Below are positions 46,472-55,148 of a stretch of DNA of 62,208 nt, piece after piece. Below the pieces are notes generated by a model. The model saw only the letters and a program-made list of their open reading frames with translations, was not told the origin of the DNA and searched no databases. Location of the stretch: IMG/VR virus record IMGVR_UViG_3300048778_000101, positions 1 through 62,208 of that record. The stretch is one strand, 5' to 3'. The position numbers and the translations under genes are program-made. How positions within the stretch are numbered: the first letter of the stretch is position 1; the number at the start of each line of letters is the position of its first letter. This stretch comes from a virus (lineage: Duplodnaviria > Caudoviricetes).

Positions 46472-46872
46472 TTCATACCTCTCATCTTGATGTTAACCTT
46501 TGAAAATCTCGGGTCAAGCTCATCATGCATCGTAGCTACCTCCGAGCGAACTATCTTCAAAAGATGCAGGTATAATCTAAGCCCAAAAGCCTGCTGGCCG
46601 GCGTGGAACCAAGTTGCCTCAACCTGCGGAAACCCATTAGGACCAGTTGCGAACCGCTCTTCAAAAGTTCCCGCATCTTGCAAGAGCCCCCAGACAATTC
46701 CCCGGCCGGTGGGGTGCCCCATAATAGCTCTCCAGAACTCAAGTGTCTCCAGTTCCCGCAGGCGAGCCTTCTCCCGCGCCTTATTGACACCTGAACGACT
46801 TCCAGCGTCTGGGGTTTCCACCTCCGGGTCGTCTGAAACTTCGTCAAATAGTTCCAACTGTTCGTCTTCCAT
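46468..46872 (-). CDS. Bbp19-like head-module protein
   Basis: MGHPTGRGIVWGLL..AG.F...F..GQQ..GL. Confidence 0.75.
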   Translation of the reverse strand: MEDEQLELFDEVSDDPEVETPDAGSRSGVNKAREKARLRELETLEFWRAIMGHPTGRGIVWGLLQDAGTFEERFATGPNGFPQVEATWFHAGQQAFGLRLYLHLLKIVRSEVATMHDELDPRFSKVNIKMRGMK

Positions 46873-46880
46873 GGGAACTC

Positions 46881-47294
46881 CTAGTGCAGCATACCAGTGG
46901 ACTGTACGTGCTGTTTTGAGGTAATACTGGCCGGGGGGAGGATCGCCCCTTTAATTCCGGTTTTATCGTGCCGAAGATGCTCGGCCAAGTTAGCTCCTAG
47001 GCGCAAATTATCTCCAAGCATCCCAAACAACTTGCGGGGCCGCCTGCCACGGAGCCATCCACCAGCTTTTTCGTGTGCCATCTCCATGGCAATTCCCAGA
47101 GGGAACCAGCGAGAGTCTTCTCGCCAATGCCCAACTTGGCGACAGCATCCTTCGATAAGTTTAAGGGACTTTCGCAATTCCCCATATGCCTGCCCCATGA
47201 CAGGCAGCTTTACCAGTCTATCACAGCAACTAGCTGCCTTCTTAAAATTCTCCACCATACAGGAGAAGATTTCACCCTCAGTTAGATCAGACAT
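46881..47294 (-). CDS. hypothetical protein
   Basis: ORF between the portal and the Bbp19-like gene. Confidence 0.6.
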   Translation of the reverse strand: MSDLTEGEIFSCMVENFKKAASCCDRLVKLPVMGQAYGELRKSLKLIEGCCRQVGHWREDSRWFPLGIAMEMAHEKAGGWLRGRRPRKLFGMLGDNLRLGANLAEHLRHDKTGIKGAILPPASITSKQHVQSTGMLH

Positions 47295-47296
47295 AC

Positions 47297-49111
47297 TTAT
47301 TGTCCTCCCGGAATTCCGAGTAATGCATTCAGTGCAGAATTTCCACCCACATTAGTTTCGCTAAGTGTCTTAGCAGCCTGTACCCCGGCCATAGTTGGAG
47401 CAATTGCCTGCTGCTTAGCCTGAGCACTCTGCCGGGCGGCGTCCTGTTCCTGCACCTCCTTCGCAGTGTACAAAGCATCGGCAGGGAAGCTACTCATATC
47501 TGCGTACCTGCGCATTGCGGCGTCCAGATTGAAAATACGCAGGGGATCGGGAACTCCGGCAGCTTTGGCAGCGGCGCTCATACTACCAGCCATGCCTAGG
47601 GTATCTTTCATAGCTACGGTTTCAGTAGCCCTTTGCGCCAGCTTTAGAATTGAAATGTACTCAATCTTCAGCGGAACATTGTGCAAAGACTCCGGCAATG
47701 GGAGTAGCATCCCCCGGCGCCGCATAATTGACAATACTCTGGTAATGGCCGGTCCGGCGAACTCTGTCTCAAACAGTTCAATAAACGGCCCAAGTATCTG
47801 AAGACGCTCCAGATCTCGCTTAGTTAGCTCCAACTCATTCCTGGGCTGCACACCTTCCATCTGGCTAATTGCCATAAAGATGTCTGTGAAAAAACATTTC
47901 TTAATCCGATCCTGGATCTCCTTAATATCCTGTACAATCGGTTGCAAGGCTTGAGGGTTAACTTCAAACAAGGGGAAGAAGCCCTTTCTACCGCCAGCCG
48001 TGCTCATGTAGGTAATCTGGCCGGGGAGGATCGAACTAGGCTCATTCTTCAATTCTGGATCAGCCCCCATCGGAGGTCTAACTACCTTTTCAAGTAATTC
48101 CGCCTTCCTGCGAGTTTCCTGCTGAAGCTGTTTTATATCTCCAAGAGCATCCATACCGGGACTACGCCCGTAGGGATCATTGCTAACTGTAGACCAGCGG
48201 GCTGCCATGAACGGGCGTTCGTTAAAACCCCGCCTGGACAGTTCTCGGTCAGTTTTAACCCCCTTTAGCCAATATACCTCTCTCCAGGGGAAATGGCCGG
48301 GAACCACAGTTACTGAAGCAGTCTCACCAGTACCCCGTTTGGAACTGATTGGGGCATTAGGTTCAATAGCATGCGCAACCACATGCTCCAATGACAAACT
48401 TGCTCCCCCAGTTTCCCAGGCAGTTCTAACTTGCTGCGGGCAATTATCCAGGGTAAACATCTCTACTATCTGCGCTGTGTTCAGTGTGAACTCCCGGTAA
48501 AAGGCATCGACACTGAGCCGGCCTCCGACATCGAGATAGTATTCTCCCGCGCACGAACCATAGCAGCGAATTACATCCTCATCATCTTCATAGATAATTA
48601 TGGGAGCCGTACCGAATGTAGTAACATCTTGGAAAGCTTGGGCCATAGTTGTATAGAAATTAGATTGGCCCAGTACAGTATAAAGCTTCCTTTCTGTGTC
48701 CTCGATCCAATACTTCCCATCCCGATCAAGCTGGTCATAACTATTACCGAGCTTGAACCAGGGTCGCGAGGGGCTAGTTAGCCCGGTCCAAAGTCCGCTG
48801 GAGCATGTCTGCATAGCCAGGGTAGCTGTACTATCCACGATACTCTGGTTAATTGGGCTGCCTCGGGTCATCCTGTTGGCAACCACTAGCCAGTGATACC
48901 GGCGCGGGAGAATGTATTCTGCCAAACTTGCCCAATAGGCCCACCAACTATAGCGCCAACTGCGAAGCATACCCAAGCGAGATTCACAAGCCCCATAGAT
49001 AGCAGGCCAATCTTTACCCGCTGGGGCGGGATTACCCAAAGTTAGGGGCTGTTGTGCCAGTAGCGTGGGGCTCATATGTTCGTAAGGGGCGGAACTGAAA
49101 TCTTCAGCCAT
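47297..49111 (-). CDS. portal protein (head-tail connector)
   Basis: DSTA..A...L.SGL..GLTSPSRPWF; SNFY; RW....YGRSPGMDALGD.KQLQ; IEYISIL..AQ. Confidence 0.93.
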   Translation of the reverse strand: MAEDFSSAPYEHMSPTLLAQQPLTLGNPAPAGKDWPAIYGACESRLGMLRSWRYSWWAYWASLAEYILPRRYHWLVVANRMTRGSPINQSIVDSTATLAMQTCSSGLWTGLTSPSRPWFKLGNSYDQLDRDGKYWIEDTERKLYTVLGQSNFYTTMAQAFQDVTTFGTAPIIIYEDDEDVIRCYGSCAGEYYLDVGGRLSVDAFYREFTLNTAQIVEMFTLDNCPQQVRTAWETGGASLSLEHVVAHAIEPNAPISSKRGTGETASVTVVPGHFPWREVYWLKGVKTDRELSRRGFNERPFMAARWSTVSNDPYGRSPGMDALGDIKQLQQETRRKAELLEKVVRPPMGADPELKNEPSSILPGQITYMSTAGGRKGFFPLFEVNPQALQPIVQDIKEIQDRIKKCFFTDIFMAISQMEGVQPRNELELTKRDLERLQILGPFIELFETEFAGPAITRVLSIMRRRGMLLPLPESLHNVPLKIEYISILKLAQRATETVAMKDTLGMAGSMSAAAKAAGVPDPLRIFNLDAAMRRYADMSSFPADALYTAKEVQEQDAARQSAQAKQQAIAPTMAGVQAAKTLSETNVGGNSALNALLGIPGGQ

Positions 49112-49114
49112 AAC

Positions 49115-49339
49115 CTATTGCCCCAGGAGAGTTTTAGCGGCAGTTGCAGTAGTCCCGGTGACGCCTTGAGCCGAAGTTCCGCCCAAAGTGTCACTAAAAC
49201 CCATACCACCAGCCGCAGCAGCAGCGGCTCTTTGTGCAGCAGCAGAACCCGCAGCCTGTACTTGCGCACTAGCTTGCGTAGCCGGGATAGGCGGAGGCGA
49301 AACTGCGGCAGGTGCTGCGGGAGTAGATCCACCACCCAT
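49115..49339 (-). CDS. small Ala-rich virion protein
   Basis: MGGGS.P..PPP...KTLLGQ pattern between TerL and portal. Confidence 0.65.
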   Translation of the reverse strand: MGGGSTPAAPAAVSPPPIPATQASAQVQAAGSAAAQRAAAAAAGGMGFSDTLGGTSAQGVTGTTATAAKTLLGQ

Positions 49340-49351
49340 AATTAGAACTCC

Positions 49352-50788
49352 TTACCAGATTGTGGAATATTTATCATCATGCCCGTCGAATGGGTCGTAG
49401 TCAAACTTATGCCACCCACTTCTAGCGGCTGACTTCCTGCGAGCGGTTACGGGGAAAGCGAAAGTTAGGGCAAACGCATCTGCGTGGTCCGGGGAGTAGC
49501 CAAGTTTGCCTTTAATAACGTCCTTAGGCTCCAGAATAAGTTTACTGCCCTTGAAAGTGTAGGTAGTAGCCGAAAGCGCATCGAAGAGCTTCTTATTGTA
49601 AGGAAGAGCGCCCCCACGTTTGACCCATTCGATAGCTTGGAAGTACATCTCCGCTCGCTTATTGGCGTAACGGGTATCATCGCCAGCCTTAGTAGCAAAA
49701 CCAACTCCGATTGGGGACTTTCCAAGGTTACGGAGTTGGTCTAGCCAGCCGGCGCCAAACCCGCCGGTATCATCTACAAAGCAGGCGTCTGCACCCCAGT
49801 TATCCCATTCGCGAATGGTAACCTCAGCCCCTTGGGTACTATCCAGTCCGCGATAATCCAAAAATCCGAAGCATTGAACACCCTGGCGCTTGCAGATTAC
49901 GCTCTCATCATCCCCGTGGCGAGCTACGTCAATCCCAAGAACCTTAGCAGCTACTCCTATGTCAAATTCTCTGTAGTATCTTTTTGAGGCAGCTTCCAGT
50001 TCCGGTAGCCCTATTAAGGCATTCAGGGATTGCGGCGGGAATTGCCCAAACACATTGACTAGCACCCAGGGATTATCACGGCCATACTTTTCAATCTGCT
50101 CATTGGCCCACTGCACGCTAATTCGAGGGGATCTCTTCGGGCTTTCGGGGTCTCCGGTAATTTCCACAACATACCAGAGGTGTTTTTCATCGGTGGTAGC
50201 TCTGTATAGCGGGCCTTCTCGCATGGTGGGATTACCGGCTTGGATAATATGCCCTTCTTTACAGGAAGATAGGGCAGCTTCGGCAGTAGCCATAACTGCG
50301 TCCGGGATACCGCCGCTCTCATCCAGAAGGAATAGGATAAAATCGGCATGCAGCCCAGCCAGGGTGTCCGATTGCTGGCTTTTGTCGGCAGTTTTACTCC
50401 AAGTTCGCGCCGTCATAAACCAAGTTTCGGAGTATTCCTTGTGGCTAATTCTGGTCTTAGTCCAAGTAAACATCTCTTTTAGTAGTGGAGAATTTTCCTG
50501 CCACTTCGCCATTTCGGCCCATAGATTATCAGATAGATTATCCTTGCTGATTGAGGTAGCCGCAACTTTGGGCATGGGACGGGTTAGTAGAAAGTTCCAA
50601 GCCAACCAGGCCAACAAGGCTGTCTTTCCGGGGCCTTTGCAAGCCTTCATAGCTATGCGTTGGTTTTTTGGGAAAGCTTGGAGAACTTCCGCCTGCCAGT
50701 CGTCAGGTTCTACTCCGAAGAGTTCCCGGACCATAACTACTGGATCATCGCGCCAGGCCCGGAGTTTGGCAATTGCTGGTAGACTCAT
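49352..50788 (-). CDS. terL: terminase large subunit
   Basis: KACKGPGKT, FLLDESG, GNP, LGIDVAR.GDD, SPD.ADA.ALTF. Confidence 0.95.
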   Translation of the reverse strand: MSLPAIAKLRAWRDDPVVMVRELFGVEPDDWQAEVLQAFPKNQRIAMKACKGPGKTALLAWLAWNFLLTRPMPKVAATSISKDNLSDNLWAEMAKWQENSPLLKEMFTWTKTRISHKEYSETWFMTARTWSKTADKSQQSDTLAGLHADFILFLLDESGGIPDAVMATAEAALSSCKEGHIIQAGNPTMREGPLYRATTDEKHLWYVVEITGDPESPKRSPRISVQWANEQIEKYGRDNPWVLVNVFGQFPPQSLNALIGLPELEAASKRYYREFDIGVAAKVLGIDVARHGDDESVICKRQGVQCFGFLDYRGLDSTQGAEVTIREWDNWGADACFVDDTGGFGAGWLDQLRNLGKSPIGVGFATKAGDDTRYANKRAEMYFQAIEWVKRGGALPYNKKLFDALSATTYTFKGSKLILEPKDVIKGKLGYSPDHADAFALTFAFPVTARRKSAARSGWHKFDYDPFDGHDDKYSTIW

Positions 50789-51357
50789 TTCTTATCCCAG
50801 TCTTTTGAGATAGGTTGGAAGGGGTCTAGTTCCAAGGAGTCTGCTATACTATCCAGGTCTGTGGAATTATCCACGGGAGTTATATCAACTAACTCTGGGT
50901 CTTCGTAGCTTTTGGTTACTAGATCGGCCCAGGTTAGTTTGACGTCGTGTTCGATTTGCTGCTTGTCCCGCCAGCTAACTTCACGACGATTTTTCAGCCA
51001 GAAAGTAGCTGCTGCTGTGTCTGGGGCGACGTCTTCTCTAGTTTCGGTGACAGTTATGGAACCTTCGCTGTCGGTAACTGTTTTGGTAGTGGTTTTAACT
51101 CCGCCGATTGCCCGATTATAGAGTGCCAGAGCTACTTTACCGTCGGATTCTACGCGGCCTTGGGATAGGTAGGTAGTTATCTCCGGCGTGCGCTTCTTCC
51201 AGGAATTGAAAATAGCCTCGCTAACTCCGAAGTAAGCTCCGATTTCGGCATCGGCAAGCCCCAACAAGGCCAGTCTGTACACAGTAGCCAGTGCTTCTTG
51301 CCGGGAAGTTGCGGGAATAGCTGCGGGGACAAGTGAGACTGCTGTTTTCGGGGGCAT
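50785..51357 (-). CDS. terS: terminase small subunit
   Basis: LLGL.D.EI..YFGVS....NSWKK; V..ALY.RA.G; PDT.A..FWLKNR...WRDK. Confidence 0.88.
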   Translation of the reverse strand: MPPKTAVSLVPAAIPATSRQEALATVYRLALLGLADAEIGAYFGVSEAIFNSWKKRTPEITTYLSQGRVESDGKVALALYNRAIGGVKTTTKTVTDSEGSITVTETREDVAPDTAAATFWLKNRREVSWRDKQQIEHDVKLTWADLVTKSYEDPELVDITPVDNSTDLDSIADSLELDPFQPISKDWDKK

Positions 51358-51579
51358 TTAGGAAGCCTCCGAGCGGGTTTTGTAGATTAGGTTCTGGAAA
51401 CCATTGCTGTTTAGCATGTAGCTTACCCAAGATTGCGGCAAATGCAGCAATTCAGCATAAGTTTCATGGGAAGCTTCGGGAAGTTTGAGAACTAGGTTAA
51501 GCAGATCATCTTTAGCGGGCATGGGAAGGTTCCTTAGCTGATTTAGCTGAGTATGCCATGCCAGAGGGTTTAATGTCAA
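51358..51579 (-). CDS. small HTH-like protein
   Basis: ASHETYAELLHLPQSWVSYML.S..FQ. Confidence 0.5.
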   Translation of the reverse strand: MTLNPLAWHTQLNQLRNLPMPAKDDLLNLVLKLPEASHETYAELLHLPQSWVSYMLNSNGFQNLIYKTRSEAS

Positions 51580-51583
51580 TTGA

Positions 51584-51907
51584 TTAGGGGAATTCGCGAA
51601 GGGTTTGGTCGATTATTGCATCGACCATTTGGTTATCTATTTTCAGTATGGCCAGATAACCGGACTGGGTAGTTTCATCCCATACTTGTTTGACGCGAAG
51701 TCTCCAGGCGGTTTTGATTAGCGGGTACCAGATGTGATCGGGACGGGTTCTGATAGTTTCCAGGAAGTATTTCCAATAGCGATGTGTATTTTCCAAATGC
51801 GGGCGGGAGAGGCAGAAAGCAAATTTAGCGCGGGAGGTAGTTTGCAGTTTTTCTAGGATTATGTGGAATTCAATTGGGTAGTCATCGGGATCGTGGTGGC
51901 GGATCAT
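51584..51907 (-). CDS. hypothetical protein
   Basis: GGAG RBS; first gene downstream of element B. Confidence 0.55.
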   Translation of the reverse strand: MIRHHDPDDYPIEFHIILEKLQTTSRAKFAFCLSRPHLENTHRYWKYFLETIRTRPDHIWYPLIKTAWRLRVKQVWDETTQSGYLAILKIDNQMVDAIIDQTLREFP

Positions 51908-52009
51908 AGTTGCGCTCCGTTTGGAATTGTCAGATTTAGTTAGCGGCGCTTGGTGAGCTTGCGAACCTTAGCAGAGCTTACGGCGCGTTCATATGAATTT
52001 TTGCATTTA

Positions 52010-52852
52010 ATTAACTGGCGCATTTGCCATGTGCTTATATTGAAACTAGTCATGCTAAACCCGAATTGAAACTAAGCATGCTAAACTCCGGGATAATTAG
52101 GCACGCCAAACTTTGAGATAATTAGGAGCCTCTAACTAGCACGCGCTGTCCCCCGCAAACCAACGATTTATCGTAGCATGAAATTCCGCAGTTAGCAAGG
52201 CTAATCTTATCCAAGCTAGAATTAAAACCCCGTCGAAGACGGGTATAGCTCCATAATTGCCATAATTGCCATAATTGCCATAATTCCGAAACCGACAGCT
52301 GTAATAATATAAATAACTCCACCCAATTTCCGCGGAGCCCGGCGGAGCCGGGGATAGTTCGGGATAGTTCTAGATAGTTCCAGCTAGTTCTATAGTTTGC
52401 AAATACCTGGAGTAGCTCAACAGTTACCGGAATTGCCGCAATCACCTAGTATGGTTAAAGAATTAGCCGCAATTCCCGCCGAACAAGTCCCGCGCGGTTT
52501 CGGAAACTGCTAGTTATAATGCACAATCCCCGCGCAATTCCGGCAGTTCCCGCGCAAGCTTTGGCCCGCCGGAGGTGGGTATAACTCTGCCAGCTAGTCT
52601 AATTCATGCCAGTTGGTCTAATACAGCTTCTAATTAATATGAAACAGTTCCTGAGATAACTAGCGAGGCTAATTTGAATTACCCAAAATTGGGAAATCGC
52701 CAAGTATGGGGGAACGCAACCGACCCCCGCCACCCTACCCCCAAACTCCAAATTAGCCCCCCTACCCCAGTCTAGCCAATCTCGCTAGTTAAGCTAAGCT
52801 AATCAAGCCGCGAGCGCCGCGGGCCCGCGGTTAAGCGTCCCTAGTTACGGGC
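52010..52852. other. structured non-coding element B, homologue of element A
   Basis: same motif order as 31190-31990, plus (CCATAATTG)x4 and TAGTTC tracts phased at 10 bp. Confidence 0.75.
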
Positions 52853-52931
52853 AACTGCGCCCGTCCTTAGTCGACTACGGTCCTAGGGGGCATGGGCCAA
52901 TTAGACCGGTCCCCATGCCCCCTACGAGGCC

Positions 52932-53174
52932 CTAGATACGCATCCACCCCCCTAGGCTAACTGCCCACACCTGCCGCCCCCTAGTAGCCCTGCGGGACCG
53001 CTCCAGGAAGCTATACAGGCGGTCCTTAACGCCCTCCACGCGCTTCGCAATTACCGCCGAGGCCCTACGACGATAGGCCAGTATCTGCCCCTCGACGACA
53101 TCGTACTTATCCAGCACTAGACGCGCGGTCAGGGCGACGATAGCTTTGGCTTGCTGTAAATTCATGATAATCAC
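52932..53174 (-). CDS. hypothetical protein
   Basis: GGGGAGG RBS. Confidence 0.45.
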   Translation of the reverse strand: MIIMNLQQAKAIVALTARLVLDKYDVVEGQILAYRRRASAVIAKRVEGVKDRLYSFLERSRRATRGRQVWAVSLGGWMRI

Positions 53175-53205
53175 CTCCCCCTGCCGCCCGTTATAGCCGA
53201 TCTCG

Positions 53206-53511
53206 CTAGCTACGCAAGCTCTTTATCAGCCCCTGGAACTTCACCAGCCCCTGGAACAGTGTAGGAAGCCCTAGCTGGCTGCGCTCTTCCTGACCCAGGG
53301 CCTGCAACTGCTCCGACATATGCTCGACATACTGCACGCACTCAAAGACTTGCTGGGTCTTATCATCATCCGCAGTCAGCACCATGCGCAATGCTGAAAG
53401 AAATGCTGCCGTATCGATCATGATAGGTAATTCTCCGCTAACTAAGCCGCGAACCAATTCGCAGTTCCTAATCTGCCTCGATCTAGCTAACTTTGCAAGA
53501 AAATAAATCAC
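53206..53511 (-). CDS. hypothetical protein
   Basis: ORF; GGAG RBS before an internal Met. Confidence 0.4.
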   Translation of the reverse strand: MIYFLAKLARSRQIRNCELVRGLVSGELPIMIDTAAFLSALRMVLTADDDKTQQVFECVQYVEHMSEQLQALGQEERSQLGLPTLFQGLVKFQGLIKSLRS

Positions 53512-53737
53512 AACTAAGTCACAAGTTTGCTTGTTACAAATGCAGTGTGACGAATTTTCTTTAAATCATACGCAAACCCCCCCCTAGCTAAGGGCATACT
53601 AGCCAAAATCGTATAGGGGTGGCCACAAGAGGCTTTACACGCGCGGGCAGTTAGGGTAATGGATGTGTATTGAAGAGCGGACACGGACAGCGCAAACCGC
53701 GTGAGGGGACGCTCTTTAGGGGGGGGGGGATAAATAG

Positions 53738-55147
53738 ATGCAAAATGCCGAGGCCACGGGGCTTGCTACTAGGCTGCTGGGGGTAGCTCCAGATAGTGGC
53801 GCGGGCGAGGCGGATATTGCCAACCTTGCTGATCGCATTACGCACAGGTCGCAGACCCGTGGCGCCGTCCGGGAGTGGCTAATCAGCGCGGGTTTGCCGC
53901 TGGAGGCGACAGTAACTACACGCGCCAGGACACTGGCACAGGCCTATTTAGTCCCGAGCTACCGCGCCACACTGATACGCGCGCGGGGGGCAGCCGCTCC
54001 GGCCTCGGCATTGCTGGCGGATCTAGCCGCTTTTGCGGCACCAGATGCCCCTCGACCAGCTGTGCAGACTGTGGAGAGTGTGCAGATTGCCGAGAGTGTG
54101 CAGATTGCCGAGACCGCTCCCAACTCCCCTGCCGCGGTTGACATTGCCGTCGTAACTGCACGCGTGTTTACCCTGCTGACGCCGGATATAGCACGCGCTC
54201 ATGCTGATATGCGGCACGCGCTTGAAGGGCAGCTGGTGGACGGCATGGCTGACGTAGTGGCTCAGACTTGCAAGGCCGCTACCGCGTATATTGATGCCCG
54301 GCTGCCCCCACGTATGATCACGGTCAAGTCCCCGACAGGCGGCGAGATTAGCGTCGGCTTGCAGCATGCGCAATTCCCTGCTCTTTTGAGGGCATGTGGC
54401 GCCCGTGATCACAAAGGCAATAGGCTCAATATATGGCTTACTGGCGCGGCTGGCTCGGGCAAAACCAGCGCGGCCGAAGCCGTAAGCAAAGCTTTAGGTC
54501 TGGATTTTTGTTTTGACGGCGCCCTTGACGCGGATTATAGGGTCTTGGGATTTAGAGATGCCGCTGGCGCTGTTGCCGAGACCAATTTTCGCCGGGCATT
54601 TGTCCACGGCGGCATTTACGTGGCGGATGAAATCGATAGCTGGCATCCGCAAGCCCTGCTGGCGCTAAATGCGGCACTAGCTAACGGGGTGGCGAGTTTT
54701 CCCGACGGTATTTTCCACCGGCATCCGGATTGCGTAGTTATCGCTTGCGCGAATACTTGGGGGCACGGCGCTACACATGAGTATGTCGGCCGGGCTAAGC
54801 TAGACGCCGCCAGTCTTGATCGATTTTTTCCGAAGATCGAATGGAAAACCGACGAAAAGCTAGAGACGGAGATTGCCCGGCAAATGGCGGGTGAAATTGG
54901 GATTATTTGGGCTAAATTTGTGCAAGGCCACCGCCGACGGGTTAGCGAGCAAGGTCTCCGGGTGGTAGTCACACCACGGATGACATTCTCGGGAATTAGT
55001 CTGCTGCTGCAAGACTTTACGGCCGGCGAAGTTGTCGAAATGACGGCGCAGGCCGGGCTTAGCCAGGAACAGCAGGATGCGCTACGGCTGGCGGAATATG
55101 CATCCAGGGTGGCGGTGGAAATCCGCGAAGTCCCGAAAGGCCCATAA
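53738..55147 (+). CDS. MoxR/CobS-like AAA+ ATPase
   Basis: NIWLTGAAGSGKT; ADEID; LNAALANG..FPDG...HPD; ANT.G.G...YVGR..LDAASLDRF. Confidence 0.9.
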   Translation: MQNAEATGLATRLLGVAPDSGAGEADIANLADRITHRSQTRGAVREWLISAGLPLEATVTTRARTLAQAYLVPSYRATLIRARGAAAPASALLADLAAFAAPDAPRPAVQTVESVQIAESVQIAETAPNSPAAVDIAVVTARVFTLLTPDIARAHADMRHALEGQLVDGMADVVAQTCKAATAYIDARLPPRMITVKSPTGGEISVGLQHAQFPALLRACGARDHKGNRLNIWLTGAAGSGKTSAAEAVSKALGLDFCFDGALDADYRVLGFRDAAGAVAETNFRRAFVHGGIYVADEIDSWHPQALLALNAALANGVASFPDGIFHRHPDCVVIACANTWGHGATHEYVGRAKLDAASLDRFFPKIEWKTDEKLETEIARQMAGEIGIIWAKFVQGHRRRVSEQGLRVVVTPRMTFSGISLLLQDFTAGEVVEMTAQAGLSQEQQDALRLAEYASRVAVEIREVPKGP

Positions 55148-55148
55148 G

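Noticed and set aside
31394-52445. Short ORFs inside the twin elements (31394, 31462, 52122)
   Set aside because: The translations merely mirror the DNA micro-repeats (e.g. LWQLWQLW), and the conserved motifs do not keep a common frame.
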